Assembly (NCBI GenBank): GCA_004561785.1
Contig: SFUB01000001.1
Coordinates: 1 to 48,335, forward strand
Direction: 5' to 3'
DNA length: 48,335 nucleotides
DNA from: a bacterium
GTDB lineage: Bacteria > Bacillota_I > Bacilli_A > RFN20 > CAG-826
The translations under genes were made by a program, and so were the position numbers. The notes under the pieces are model-generated. The model was not told the DNA's origin and ran no database searches. It saw only the letters and a list, made by a program, of their open reading frames with translations. Positions within the stretch are counted from its first letter, which is position 1; each line of letters begins with the position of its first letter. Shown here piece by piece: positions 40,727 to 48,335 of the stretch.

Positions 40727-41377
40727 TCAAGAAGAGAAGACCCCCGCTTTGGAGAGGACGCTCTTTGCCCAAGCCCGATAACGAGACAAGTGGTAATTGG
40801 CTTGTTTTTCCGAAAGGCCGATCTCTTTGGCGACCTCGCAGATCCGATATCCCTTGCACAAGCCAGCGACGATTTTCAAAGCCACGGGGTTGATCCCTTT
40901 GGGGAGGCGGTGGAGCAGATTCAAGGATTCCGCATAATCGAGGAACACTCTCGGATCCTCCGGAGAAGAACCGTCTTGGACGATGTCGGCCAAGCAAAGC
41001 GTCGTCTCTTCGCCGTCGTCGTTTCTCTGGGCCGCGTCCAAGGAGAAGGCCACCATCATCCGCGTCTTCGAGAGTTTGGAATCGGCCGCGTTGGCTAGGG
41101 CAAAGCGGATGCAGCGGGTCGCATAAGTCTTGAAACTCACCCGCCCAAATCGATAGGACATCTCCGCGTCAAGGTAGCCGCGGAAGAAAGCCTCATTCAC
41201 CTCCCAATCATCCAAGAAGGTGCAAATGGAAGGGGAGGCGTTGCGGCAAATCCGCTTCCTCATCCGGTAATAACGTACGGCCAAAGAATCGCGTGCCCCT
41301 TCCTTGCCCATCCGTCCAAGCAACAGCAAAAACTCGTCATCGACTTCGCAAAGAGGATCGACTATCCGGGATCCCAT
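40727..41377 (-). CDS. sigH: Sigma-70 family sigma factor, SigH-like
   Basis: Region 2 resembles SigH (SFKTYATRCIRFALANA). Region 4 has an HTH (GYRICEVAKEIGLSEKQANYHLSRYRAW). The rlmB-sigH-rpmG-secE-nusG order matches Bacillus. GGAGGAAA precedes the ATG at 41377; the track start is 41395. Confidence 0.75.
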   Translation of the reverse strand: MGSRIVDPLCEVDDEFLLLLGRMGKEGARDSLAVRYYRMRKRICRNASPSICTFLDDWEVNEAFFRGYLDAEMSYRFGRVSFKTYATRCIRFALANAADSKLSKTRMMVAFSLDAAQRNDDGEETTLCLADIVQDGSSPEDPRVFLDYAESLNLLHRLPKGINPVALKIVAGLCKGYRICEVAKEIGLSEKQANYHLSRYRAWAKSVLSKAGVFSS

Positions 41378-41413
41378 AATATGTATTTCCTCCATTTGGG
41401 AGGCAAGAGACGC

Positions 41414-42133
41414 TTAATGAGAACGCGAAGAGGAGATTTGGGCCAGGAACACGGCGGTGGCGACGGAAGCGTTCAAAGAATTGACATGCCCAACCATCGG
41501 GATTTTGGCGACGAAATCACTGTCCCGGACAAGGAGTCTGGAGACCCCGAACCCTTCGCTTCCAACCACGAGGGCAATCGGGCATTTGTAGTCGATTTCG
41601 TCGTAATTCGTCGTTCCGGAACCGTCGCTCGTGACAACCCAAAAGCCATTGTCCTTCAATTTGCGGATGGCTTGGGACAAGTTGGGTACCGAGGCGACTT
41701 TCTCATAGCAGATGGCGCCGGTGGAAACCTTGGCGACGGTGCTATTGAGGGGGACTTCATTCCGCTTCTTCATGATGATGCCATCGATTCCAAACGCATC
41801 GCAGGAGCGGAGAATCGCCCCGAGGTTATGCGGATCTTCAATGCCATCTAGAATCAAAAGAAGGGGGTAAGCGCTACGTTTGGAGGATTCGATCAATTCC
41901 TCTATGGTGTAGTTCTTCCATCCTTTGCAGATTGCCAGAAAGCCCTGATGCGAGGGATTTTTGGCAATCCGCGTCAACTCGGGTTCCTCAACGAGTTCGA
42001 CGGGGATCTTCTTCGCTTTGGCCTGTTGGACAATCATGTCCTGCTCGAAACGCTTCACGACCTTCAATCCAGTCGCGCAGCCCGAGGCGACAGCCTCACG
42101 AACGGCGTTCTTGCCATAAATGATTATACTCAT
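41414..42133 (-). CDS. rlmB: SpoU/TrmH-family 23S rRNA 2'-O-methyltransferase (RlmB/YacO-like)
   Basis: 239 aa with an N-terminal SpoU_sub_bind-like IIYGKNAVREA, then LLILDGIEDPHNLGAILRSCDAFG, LVVGSEGFGVS and IPMVGHVNSLNASVATAV. Confidence 0.88.
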   Translation of the reverse strand: MSIIIYGKNAVREAVASGCATGLKVVKRFEQDMIVQQAKAKKIPVELVEEPELTRIAKNPSHQGFLAICKGWKNYTIEELIESSKRSAYPLLLILDGIEDPHNLGAILRSCDAFGIDGIIMKKRNEVPLNSTVAKVSTGAICYEKVASVPNLSQAIRKLKDNGFWVVTSDGSGTTNYDEIDYKCPIALVVGSEGFGVSRLLVRDSDFVAKIPMVGHVNSLNASVATAVFLAQISSSRSH

Positions 42134-42167
42134 GAAATTCTCCTATAAAAGACCGTTGTAAATCGGA

Positions 42168-43514
42168 TCAGAAAACGCCTTTTTCCATCAATTTCGCACG
42201 CACGAGGTCGCTCTTTTGGAAATCCTTGGCTTTCTTGGCGTCTTCGTATTCGCGATACAGATCCAAAGCCTCCTCATCTAGAAGCACCTCGCCGCCATCG
42301 ATCCCGAGGGCGAAAAGATAGTCCTTCAATCTTCCGTAATGGGCTTTGAGGAGCTCAGCCTCGCCGGCGTGTTGACGAAGGTCTTGGTTGGTTTGCTTGA
42401 CCTCGGCGAAGAGAACGCTCAAGGCGTTGGGCGTATTAAGATCATTGCAAAGCTCATCGAAGAAAGCGTCTTCCCCTTCGCCGTGAACACCAGAGAGATC
42501 CACGCCATCCCTTTGGAGCTTGATGGAGAGGGAGCGGTAGCAAGAGACGATCTTCTGATAGGTCTTCATCGCCTCCCCGATGGTCTCCTCGGTGAAGGAA
42601 AGCGGGGCCCTATAATGGGTGTTGAGCACCATCAAGCGGAAAGGCATTCCGCCGAATTTAGCGATGACGTCCTTAGCCAAAATCACGTTCCCAAGGGACT
42701 TGGACATCTTTTCATTGTCGATGTTGATGAAGCCATTATGGAGCCAATAATGGGCCAAGTGGTTTCCGTTATGAGCCTCGGATTGGGCAATTTCGTTCTC
42801 ATGGTGGGGGAACTTGAGGTCGAACCCCCCGCCGTGGATGTCGATATAGCCATTCTGAGCTTTGAAGATCGAATCGATCATGACGCAGCATTCGGTGTGC
42901 CATCCAGGACGTCCTTTGCTCCACGGGGTGTCCCATTTGATCCCTTCCTCGGTCTTCTTCCATAAGGCGAAATCCAAGGGGGATTCCTTTTTTGAGCTAA
43001 CCTCGATGCGGGCACCAGACATCAACGAATCCGGCGTGTTCCCGGAAAGGCAACCGTAATCTTTGTCTTTGCCGACGCGGAAATAGACGTCCCCGTCCTT
43101 TTCATAGGCGTTCCCCGAATCGACGAGATCCTGAATGTAGGAAATCATCTGGGGCATGTAGACGGTAGGGCGCGGGGTGACGTCTGGCTGCAAAGCGCCG
43201 ACGGCGCTGACCGCGGAGCGGAATTCCTCAATGACCCCTTCGGTCAATTCCTTCTCGGAGATGCCCAGTTCTTTGGCGCGATTGATGATTTTGTCATCGA
43301 CGTCGGTATAGTTGGAAACGTAGGTCACCTCATATCCGAGCGACAAGAACAGGCGACGCCAGGTATCGAAGACGATCACGGGGCGCATGTTGCCGATGTG
43401 GGGGGAATTATAGACGGTGGGTCCACAGACGTAGATCGATACCTTGCCCGGGACCAAGGGCGTGAACTCCTCGATTTTGTTGCCGAGGGAATTGAATAGC
43501 TTTACGGAATGCAT
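42168..43514 (-). CDS. cysS: Cysteine--tRNA ligase
   Basis: 448 aa with HIGN (YVCGPTVYNSPHIGNMR) and KMSKS motifs, plus GWHTECCVM zinc ligands. Confidence 0.98.
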   Translation of the reverse strand: MHSVKLFNSLGNKIEEFTPLVPGKVSIYVCGPTVYNSPHIGNMRPVIVFDTWRRLFLSLGYEVTYVSNYTDVDDKIINRAKELGISEKELTEGVIEEFRSAVSAVGALQPDVTPRPTVYMPQMISYIQDLVDSGNAYEKDGDVYFRVGKDKDYGCLSGNTPDSLMSGARIEVSSKKESPLDFALWKKTEEGIKWDTPWSKGRPGWHTECCVMIDSIFKAQNGYIDIHGGGFDLKFPHHENEIAQSEAHNGNHLAHYWLHNGFINIDNEKMSKSLGNVILAKDVIAKFGGMPFRLMVLNTHYRAPLSFTEETIGEAMKTYQKIVSCYRSLSIKLQRDGVDLSGVHGEGEDAFFDELCNDLNTPNALSVLFAEVKQTNQDLRQHAGEAELLKAHYGRLKDYLFALGIDGGEVLLDEEALDLYREYEDAKKAKDFQKSDLVRAKLMEKGVF

Positions 43515-43540
43515 GGCCTGATTCTACCATCCTTAGGTCT

Positions 43541-44197
43541 TTATAGGGATTCCACTAATTCATAAAGGGAAGCAGGACTATGAATGACATAGTCGCTCTC
43601 CCCGAGGGTCTTGGGATCGTAGGATCCATAGCCCCAAGTCACCAACACGCTCCGGAGATGGGCGTTGTGGGCGGTTTCGATGTCGAAATGGGAATCGCCC
43701 ACGTACAGGGTCTCTTCGTTTTTCATCCGGAATTCCCCCATCATCTCCAAAGTCGACGCGGGATTGGGCTTCGGAGGGAAGCCCTCCCTTTGGCCCAAAA
43801 CCCCTTCAAAAAGAGGGGGCAAGAATGTCGCAACGGCCTTTTTGGCCAAGGGATCCGGTTTGTTCGAAACCACGAATAGACGCACCCCGCGGCTGCGAAG
43901 GACGTCGAGGACGCCTGCTAGTCCCGGGAAAGGCTTGGTATCCGTTTTCTGAAACTGGCCATACAAAGGCATATACGCCGCTTTGAGGGAAGCGAAAGCG
44001 GTCGGGTCCTCGCCTTTCTCTCTCAGGGCCTTCTTCACCAATCGATCAGCGCCTCCGCCGATCAAATCCTTGGCCTCTTCCACGGAATAAGAATAGGCGT
44101 ATCCCTCTCTTTTCAGCGCTTCGTTGATCGCGAGGGTGATGCCGGGGAGGGTCTCAAGGAGAGTTCCGTCCAAATCGAAAATGAGATTCTTGATCAT
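43541..44197 (-). CDS. HAD-superfamily hydrolase (phosphoglycolate phosphatase-like)
   Basis: MIKNLIFDLDGTLLET (DxDGT motif I), VSNKP (motif II) and YVGDSHFDIETA (motif III). The start at 44197 is chosen by motif position; the 28-aa upstream extension in the track is unlikely. Confidence 0.88.
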   Translation of the reverse strand: MIKNLIFDLDGTLLETLPGITLAINEALKREGYAYSYSVEEAKDLIGGGADRLVKKALREKGEDPTAFASLKAAYMPLYGQFQKTDTKPFPGLAGVLDVLRSRGVRLFVVSNKPDPLAKKAVATFLPPLFEGVLGQREGFPPKPNPASTLEMMGEFRMKNEETLYVGDSHFDIETAHNAHLRSVLVTWGYGSYDPKTLGESDYVIHSPASLYELVESL

Positions 44198-44262
44198 GAG
44201 GGCATTATAAGAGCAAGCGAACCCCGCGGCGAAAATAAGCGCTTTTACGCAAACGCGGAGGC

Positions 44263-44298
44263 AAGAAAAAGCGCGCCCCAAGAGGAGATGCGCGCTTT
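44263..44298 (-). terminator. Intrinsic terminator after hydA
   Basis: Minus strand reads AAAGCGCGC-13 nt loop-GCGCGCTTT continuing as TTTTTCTTG, 6 nt after the hydA stop. Confidence 0.78.
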
Positions 44299-44303
44299 AA
44301 GAC

Positions 44304-46103
44304 TTATTTCGGGAACTTCTCCCGGTCGGACCGGTAATGGGTGTGGAGCAGATTCTCCGAGACGCCCCCGCAGGGCTCTCCGAGGAATTCCGCATAGAGT
44401 TTCTGAATGTCGGGGTTGTTGTGGGATTGCCTAATCGCGCATTTCTCATCGATCGAGTAGAGGATGTCCGCGCGTTTTTGGCAGTAAGTGTCGAGGATAT
44501 CCGGGGCTTCCTTGCCAGCTAAGAGGTTCGGTTTGACGAAAGGCTGTCCGCCGCCGTTCACGCATCCGCCGGGGCAGCCCATGATTTCGATGAAGGCGTA
44601 GGGCGATTTCCCGGCGCGAATCTCATCGAGCAACGGCTTTGCGTTCTTCATGCCCGAAGCGATGGCGACCTTGAGGGTGACCCCACCGATTTGGATTTCT
44701 GCCTCTTTGACCCCGGCAAGCCCGCGGACCGCGCCGAATTCGATCGGTCCGTATTCCTCGCCGGTAAGGCTGTGGTAAGCGGTGCGAAGAGCCGCTTCCA
44801 TAACCCCGCCCGTTACGCCGAAGATCTGGGCGGCGCCGCTATATTGCCCAAGCAGATCTTGGTCGAACTCCTCCTCCGGGAGCTCGTCCCAGAGCAAGCC
44901 GGCCCTCTTGATGAGAACGGCAAGCTCGCGGGTGGTCAAGACGGCGTCGACGTCAGGGAGGTTCTCCACCGCGGCGTTCTCTTTCCGTTTTGCCTCGCCT
45001 TTTTTGGCGGTGCAGGGCATGATGGAGACCACAAAGACGTCTTCCGGCTTCAAACCGTGGCATTTGGCGAAATAGCTCTTCAGGATCGCCCCCTCCATCT
45101 CATGGGGGGATTTGCAGGTGGAAACGTGGGGAATGAGGTCGCTATAGAAATATTCGAGGTAGTTGATCCATCCCGGGGAGCAGGAGGTAATCTGAGGCAA
45201 GACGCCTTTGGACGAGATGCGGTTCAATAGTTCCTGAGATTCCTCCATGACGGTCAAATCGGCGCCGAAGTTGGTGTCGAAGACCCTTTTGAAACCAAGG
45301 CGATGGAGGGCGGCCACCATCTTGCCGGTCCCGTTCTCAGAGCCGATCTTATGGCCGAATTCCTCGCTGATGGCGGCGCGGACCGCCGGTGCGGTCTGAA
45401 CCACGACGAACTTTCCCTGTTGGATGGCTTCGTCGACTTTGCCGATCTCGCGGTGCTCGGACAATGCGCCCGTGGGGCAGACTTCGATGCATTGCCCGCA
45501 TTGGATGCAGGGAACCTTGCTGAAGGAGCGGTTCTCCGCCGGCCCGACAAGGGTCTGGAACCCGCGTTTTTCAAAGCCGAGGATCCCGATCCCCTGAGCT
45601 TCTTTGCAGCGTTCGATGCAGCGGCCGCAAAGGATGCATTTGCTGGTGTCGCGCACGATGCCCGGGGCGGCTTCGTCGTAGGTCGATGCGGACTTCTCGC
45701 CTTCGAATTGATGGTCCCTGGCGCCGACTAAGTCCGCGACGTGAAGCAATTCGCAACGGCCGTTTTTGACGCAGGTCTGGCAGTTTTGGGAATGGTTGCT
45801 GAGCAAAAGTTCCACCGAAGTCCGCCTCGCGTTGATGGCCATCGGAGAGGAGATGTGGATTTCGAATCCCCTTTCGGCTTGGCAGTCGGAGACGGGATAG
45901 ACGCAGGAGGCAATGAGCCTAGAGCCCCTTTGGGTGCGTAGCTCCACGAGGCAGACGCGGCAGGAGGCCAAGGAGTTGGCGCCGTTCTTCCAGTAGCAGA
46001 GGGTGGGGATGTTGTAGCCGACTTTGCGTGCGGCTTCGAGGACGGTGAGGTTGCCGGGGACGCTGTAGATGCGGCCCTCGATGTTGATATTGACGTTTTC
46101 CAT
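44304..46103 (-). CDS. hydA: [FeFe] hydrogenase catalytic subunit (HydA/HndD type with N-terminal 2Fe-2S and 4Fe-4S domains and a C-terminal SSU-like domain)
   Basis: Starts MENVNINIEGRIY after a GAGGAG SD at 46103. It has a 2Fe-2S ferredoxin fold, CxxCxxCxxxC ferredoxin motifs, and H-cluster motifs MPCTAKKGE and EIMGCPGGCVNGGGQP. The P1 motif reads TSCSPGW (see findings). Confidence 0.93.
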   Translation of the reverse strand: MENVNINIEGRIYSVPGNLTVLEAARKVGYNIPTLCYWKNGANSLASCRVCLVELRTQRGSRLIASCVYPVSDCQAERGFEIHISSPMAINARRTSVELLLSNHSQNCQTCVKNGRCELLHVADLVGARDHQFEGEKSASTYDEAAPGIVRDTSKCILCGRCIERCKEAQGIGILGFEKRGFQTLVGPAENRSFSKVPCIQCGQCIEVCPTGALSEHREIGKVDEAIQQGKFVVVQTAPAVRAAISEEFGHKIGSENGTGKMVAALHRLGFKRVFDTNFGADLTVMEESQELLNRISSKGVLPQITSCSPGWINYLEYFYSDLIPHVSTCKSPHEMEGAILKSYFAKCHGLKPEDVFVVSIMPCTAKKGEAKRKENAAVENLPDVDAVLTTRELAVLIKRAGLLWDELPEEEFDQDLLGQYSGAAQIFGVTGGVMEAALRTAYHSLTGEEYGPIEFGAVRGLAGVKEAEIQIGGVTLKVAIASGMKNAKPLLDEIRAGKSPYAFIEIMGCPGGCVNGGGQPFVKPNLLAGKEAPDILDTYCQKRADILYSIDEKCAIRQSHNNPDIQKLYAEFLGEPCGGVSENLLHTHYRSDREKFPK

Positions 46104-46114
46104 GGATAATCTCC

Positions 46115-47992
46115 TCAGCGTTTTTCGATCGCGTGGAAGGCGCATCCGCCCATGCATGCGCCGCATTTTAGGCACTTGCTCTGGTCGATGACGTAGGGCA
46201 CTTTGCCCGGGACGCCGCTGATGCAGTTGGCGGGGCAGTTCCTGGCGCACTTAGAGCATTTCTTGCACTTGTCCGGATCGATCCAGTACTGCATGAGCTT
46301 CTTGCAGATATGGGCCGGGCATTTCTTGTCTTTGACGTGGGCCTCGTATTCTTCCGGGAAGTTGGCCATCGTCGAAAGGATCGGGTTGGCCGAGGTTTGG
46401 CCCAGGGCGCAAAGGGATCCGTCTTTGATGACGGTCGCCAAATACTTCATATCCTTCAAGGTCTGCTCGGTCGCGGTGCCGTTCGTGACTTTTTGGAGCA
46501 TCTCGTAGAGACGTTTGGTCCCGATGCGGCAAGGGGAGCATTTCCCGCAGGATTCGTTGCAGATGAAGTCCATGTAGAAAGAGGCGACGTCGACCATGCA
46601 GTTATCCTCGTCCATGACGATCGCCCCGCCGGAGCCCATCATGGAGCCTTTGGCGACGAGGGAATCGTAATCGATCGGTGTGTCGAGGTCTTTTTCGGTC
46701 AAGCAGCCGCCCGAGGGGCCGCCGGTTTGGATGGCTTTGAAGCGCTTGTTCCCGGGAATGCCTCCGCCGATGTCGAAGATGAGGGTCCGCAGAGTGGTGC
46801 CCATGGGCACCTCGACCAACCCGACGTTGTTGATCTTGCCGCCCAAAGCGAAGACTTTCGTCCCTTTGCTGCCTTCGGTGCCGATTTTGGCGTATTCCTT
46901 GGCGCCCACTCGGATGATGTAGGGAACTTGGGCGAGGGTTTCGACGTTATTGACGCAGGTGGGCTTGCCCCAGAGGCCTTTGATGGCCGGGAAGGGCGGG
47001 CGGGGGCGGGGCATGCCGCGCTTGCCTTCGATCGAATTCAGCAAGGCGGTCTCTTCGCCGCAGACGAAGGCGCCGGCGCCCAGTCTCAGATGGGCGCGGA
47101 AGCAGAAAGAGGTGCCGAGGATATTGTCCCCGAGCAAGCCGACCTGCTCCATGTCCTTGATGGCCCTTTCCAGACGTTCGACGGCCACGGGGTATTCGGC
47201 GCGGACGTAGAAATAGCCTTCGCTGGCGCCGAAAGCATAGCCGGCGATCATCATGCCCTCGATGACTTCAAAAGGGTTGCCCTCGAGGATCGAGCGGTCC
47301 ATGAATGCGCCGGGGTCGCCCTCATCGCCATTGCAGACGATGTACTTTTGGTCGGAGGCGACGTTGGCGGCGAACTGCCATTTTCTCCCGGTGGGGAAGC
47401 CGGCTCCGCCCCTGCCGCGCAAGCCGGAGGCGAGGACTTCGTCGATGACTTGCTGCGGGGTCATTTCGGTCAGGACTTTCTTGAGGGCCTTGAAACCATC
47501 GTAGCCAAGCGCCTCTTCCAAGAAGTCCGGATTAATCAAGGAGCAGCCGTGCAAAGAAACGCGGACCTGCTTTTTGTAGAAGTTGATGTCGTCTTGACGC
47601 TGCACCTTCTGATGGGTGGATGGGTCGACGTAGAGCAGATTCTCGCAGACCTTGCCTTGGAGGAGATCCTCTTCGACGATCTGTTTGACGTCGGAGAGTT
47701 TGACGGCGCGGTAAAGGGTGTCTTCCGGGTAGATTTTCACGAAGGGCCCTTGGGAGCAAAAACCAAAGCAGCCGACGTGGTTGATGGCAACCTTGTCTTC
47801 CAGACCATGCTCATGGATTTGCTTCTTCAGCTCATCGAGGATCGATTCGGAATTATTGGCGATGCATCCGGTGCCGCCACAAACCATGACGGTCCTCTTG
47901 CCTCCGAATCCGCTGATCTTCTTTTGGAACGCCTCTTCGCAGGAGGAAATGCTCTCCTGAAGCTGTTCCGGGGTTTTGATGGGGTCAAGCAT
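46115..47992 (-). CDS. hydB: NADH-binding flavoprotein subunit of a bifurcating-type hydrogenase (NuoF-like, HydB/HndC)
   Basis: 625 aa with an N-terminal thioredoxin-like 2Fe-2S, an FMN/NADH site GRGGAGFPTGRKW, SLBB, a NuoF 4Fe-4S (ESCGKCSPCR) and two C-terminal ferredoxin-type CxxCxxCxxxCP motifs. Confidence 0.95.
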   Translation of the reverse strand: MLDPIKTPEQLQESISSCEEAFQKKISGFGGKRTVMVCGGTGCIANNSESILDELKKQIHEHGLEDKVAINHVGCFGFCSQGPFVKIYPEDTLYRAVKLSDVKQIVEEDLLQGKVCENLLYVDPSTHQKVQRQDDINFYKKQVRVSLHGCSLINPDFLEEALGYDGFKALKKVLTEMTPQQVIDEVLASGLRGRGGAGFPTGRKWQFAANVASDQKYIVCNGDEGDPGAFMDRSILEGNPFEVIEGMMIAGYAFGASEGYFYVRAEYPVAVERLERAIKDMEQVGLLGDNILGTSFCFRAHLRLGAGAFVCGEETALLNSIEGKRGMPRPRPPFPAIKGLWGKPTCVNNVETLAQVPYIIRVGAKEYAKIGTEGSKGTKVFALGGKINNVGLVEVPMGTTLRTLIFDIGGGIPGNKRFKAIQTGGPSGGCLTEKDLDTPIDYDSLVAKGSMMGSGGAIVMDEDNCMVDVASFYMDFICNESCGKCSPCRIGTKRLYEMLQKVTNGTATEQTLKDMKYLATVIKDGSLCALGQTSANPILSTMANFPEEYEAHVKDKKCPAHICKKLMQYWIDPDKCKKCSKCARNCPANCISGVPGKVPYVIDQSKCLKCGACMGGCAFHAIEKR

Positions 47993-48335
47993 CGATGTTC
48001 TCCTTCTGACGATATTCGTCGATGATCCTCTCGACTTGGTCGGGGGTCACCTTTGGATAGACTTTGCCGTTGATCGACATGGCGGGGGCGAGGGCGCAGG
48101 CCCCGATGCAGCGGATTGCCTCGATGGTGAAGAGGCCATCTTCGGTGGTCTCTCCGGATTGGATCCCCAGCTTTTCATGGAATTTGTCGAGCACCATTTG
48201 GGAATTCTTGACGTAGCAAGCGGTCCCAAGGCAGATGCCGATGACGTATTTCCCCTTCGGTTTGAGAGAGAAGAAAGAGTAGAAAGTAACGACCCCATAG
48301 ATTTCGGCGGTGGGAATTCCGGTCTTTTTGGACAC
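47985..48335 (-). CDS. hydC: NuoE-like 2Fe-2S subunit (HydC/HndA), N-terminus outside the window
   Basis: Partial ORF with GICLGTACYVKN...IRCIGACALAPAMSING. Its stop overlaps the hydB start by 8 nt. Confidence 0.9.
   Translation of the reverse strand: MSKKTGIPTAEIYGVVTFYSFFSLKPKGKYVIGICLGTACYVKNSQMVLDKFHEKLGIQSGETTEDGLFTIEAIRCIGACALAPAMSINGKVYPKVTPDQVERIIDEYRQKENIDA

Overview
This is a bacterial chromosomal window transcribed almost entirely on the minus strand, with one plus-strand gene. Its core is the Bacillota-style transcription/translation super-cluster. Reading the minus strand from the right, the order is cysS, rlmB-like TrmH methyltransferase, sigH-like sigma factor, rpmG, secE, nusG, [inserted block], rplK, rplA, L10 leader, rplJ, rplL, ybxB-like methyltransferase, rpoB, rpoC, rpsL, rpsG, fusA, tuf. 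Upstream at the right end lie a HAD phosphatase and a trimeric HydABC-type [FeFe] hydrogenase, with hydC cut by the window edge. Two accessory regions stand out. (i) A ~5.1 kb block sits between nusG and rplK. It carries a cysteine-free ArsR/CzrA-type repressor, a P1B metal ATPase, a YfcE-like phosphoesterase, one unknown plus-strand gene and MgtC. (ii) Downstream of tuf there is an AT-richer stretch with a frameshifted C10/papain-like peptidase and a lipoprotein gene. It is followed by a tightly packed nine-gene operon (16596 down to 2612). That operon encodes a large membrane-anchored surface protein and an ABC importer whose ATPase carries a ~275-aa insertion, with two permeases and two paralogous lipoprotein SBPs. 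It also encodes a staphylococcal-nuclease-fold lipoprotein, a zinc-ribbon membrane protein and an ~860-aa lipoprotein built from Big_2 domains and four OB-like repeat modules. I read this operon as a candidate surface nucleic-acid capture, degradation and import system, and it is the most interesting object here. The left end holds two paralogous RDD-type membrane proteins and tRNA-Lys(CTT). The standard genetic code applies, since TGA terminates rpoB and other genes. The abundance of Ser-tethered lipoproteins and the Mollicutes-type insertion in the MalK/UgpC ATPase suggest a Mollicutes-related Bacillota lineage with GC-rich third codon positions, but this taxonomic call is inference. I saw no CRISPR array, IS element, integrase or rRNA gene. 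The many long plus-strand ORFs in the track are codon-aligned antisense shadows of the real minus-strand genes.
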